A stretch of DNA of 64,000 nucleotides from positions 1,114 to 65,113 of the forward strand of contig NZ_DASRXP010000631.1 of NCBI RefSeq assembly GCF_035687465.1, given 5' to 3'. Made by a program: the position numbers and the translations under genes. This DNA comes from Kribbella sp. (lineage in GTDB: Bacteria > Actinomycetota > Actinomycetes > Propionibacteriales > Kribbellaceae). Position 1 is the stretch's first letter; every line of letters begins with the position of its first letter. Below are positions 63,250 through 64,000 of the stretch, piece after piece. The notes under the pieces are model-generated. The model worked only from the letters and a program-made list of their open reading frames with translations, was not told the DNA's origin and did no database searches.

Positions 63250-63665
63250 CAGATCCGGCCGCTGCTCTCGCGCAAGGTCCCTTCCTTGACGAACTTCCCG
63301 CTGTCCTGCGGGACCTCGTCCTCCCCGGGCACCCGCCGGATCTCGATCTTGGACCCGGGGGCCGCCGGGACCCGTTTGGCCCACTCGACCGCCTCCTGCT
63401 TCGAGGCGACATCGAGCAGGAAGAAGCCCCCGAACAGTTCCTTGGTCTCTCCGTACGGCCCGTCCGTGACCACCGGGGCCTCGTCGCCGAAATGCACCAC
63501 GACACCCTGGCCCGGATCGTCCAGCCCTTCGGCTGCGACGTAGACGCCGGCCTTCGCCAACTCCTCGATGAACAGGCGGGTCGCGGCCATCAGCTCGTCG
63601 ACGTTGGCCATCATGGCCGCGTTCGTCTCATCGGTGCCCCGCATGATCAGCATGTACTGCGACAT
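63249..63665 (-). CDS. YciI-family (DGPF domain) protein
   Basis: MSQYMLIMRGTDE...DGPYGETKELFGGFFLLDVASKQEAVEWAKR is typical. It is commonly paired with this sigma-factor class. Confidence 0.8.
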   Translation of the reverse strand: MSQYMLIMRGTDETNAAMMANVDELMAATRLFIEELAKAGVYVAAEGLDDPGQGVVVHFGDEAPVVTDGPYGETKELFGGFFLLDVASKQEAVEWAKRVPAAPGSKIEIRRVPGEDEVPQDSGKFVKEGTLRESSGRI

Positions 63666-63851
63666 CGCGTTCTCCTCGTCCCTCGGGAGCCGCCTCTCGG
63701 CCCTCGCACCCACAGGTCGAACGAGCGGCCGACGGATCGACACAGCCCCAAAAAAATCTCTCGCCGCAACGCAGCGCAACCCGTTCGCCCCGCCCTGAGC
63801 CCGCCGGACCTGATCCTGAACGAGGCGGGATTCAACTCCCCTGACAGCGTT

Positions 63852-64000
63852 CTAGCGAGCACGTCTCTCCACGAGCACCGCTACTCCCCACCCAGCCACT
63901 GCCCCGACCAACGCAGCGAGTGGCGACCCGAAAATGGCTGAGTCTGTCCATTCCGAGGCACCCGCCAACCGGGACCACACCACGTTCGCGACAATCAGAA
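63852..64000 (-). CDS. C-terminal end of a hypothetical membrane protein; the gene begins beyond the window
   Basis: Reverse frame reads ...LIVANVVWSRLAGASEWTDSAIFGSPLAALVGAVAGWGVAVLVERRAR, then TAG (63854-63852). The only support is the hydrophobic C-terminal helix. Confidence 0.3.
   Translation of the reverse strand, partial: LIVANVVWSRLAGASEWTDSAIFGSPLAALVGAVAGWGVAVLVERRAR

Overview
Visibly high-GC actinobacterial chromosome segment centred on the replication origin. The right two thirds carry the canonical oriC neighbourhood. On the minus strand these are parB, parA, rsmG, jag, yidC, yidD, rnpA and rpmH. On the plus strand they are dnaA, dnaN, gnd, recF, a DUF721 gene, gyrB, gyrA, a DUF3566 gene, tRNA-Ile, a DLW-39-type small ORF and tRNA-Ala. 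DnaA-box clusters lie on both sides of dnaA, and there are three parS sites.

Upstream lies the block that is syntenic with M. tuberculosis Rv3907c-Rv3915: cca/pcnA, an Rv3909-like gene, murJ, a pseudokinase, sigM, an anti-sigma factor, trxB, trxA and cwlM. The left end holds accessory metabolism:
- a tightly coupled operon of acyl-CoA dehydrogenase, SDR, APH-fold kinase, histidine phosphatase, SDR and LLM oxidoreductase, with a divergent TetR gene
- a LacI gene with a secreted GH30-discoidin hydrolase
- an amidase and GNAT genes
- a codon-atypical DUF234-type ATPase behind a strikingly AT-rich spacer
- a cassette of MMPL transporter, PadR regulator and FAD monooxygenase
- ddl, an aminotransferase, SURF1 and DUF3817 genes

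The right end is a decayed integrative island at tRNA-Ala. It is bounded by 49-bp direct repeats and carries integrase and GntR fragments and putative arm-type repeats. It is followed by VOC, ECF-like sigma and YciI genes.

No CRISPR array, intact transposase or rRNA was seen. The observations most worth follow-up are:
1. A four-gene membrane-protein cassette (48989-52149) inserted between the DUF721 gene and gyrB, partly head-on to replication.
2. An identical 16-bp parS/KorB-style palindrome (GTTTGTCGACAAATCC) flanking the parB-rpmH block on both sides.
3. A DnaA-box palindrome plus parS in the parA upstream region, which also reads as a long N-terminal ORF extension.
4. A 153-bp imperfect palindrome in the island, with a 55-bp exact second copy.

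All functional calls rest on recognising motifs and families in the translations and on known actinobacterial synteny. No database search was run.
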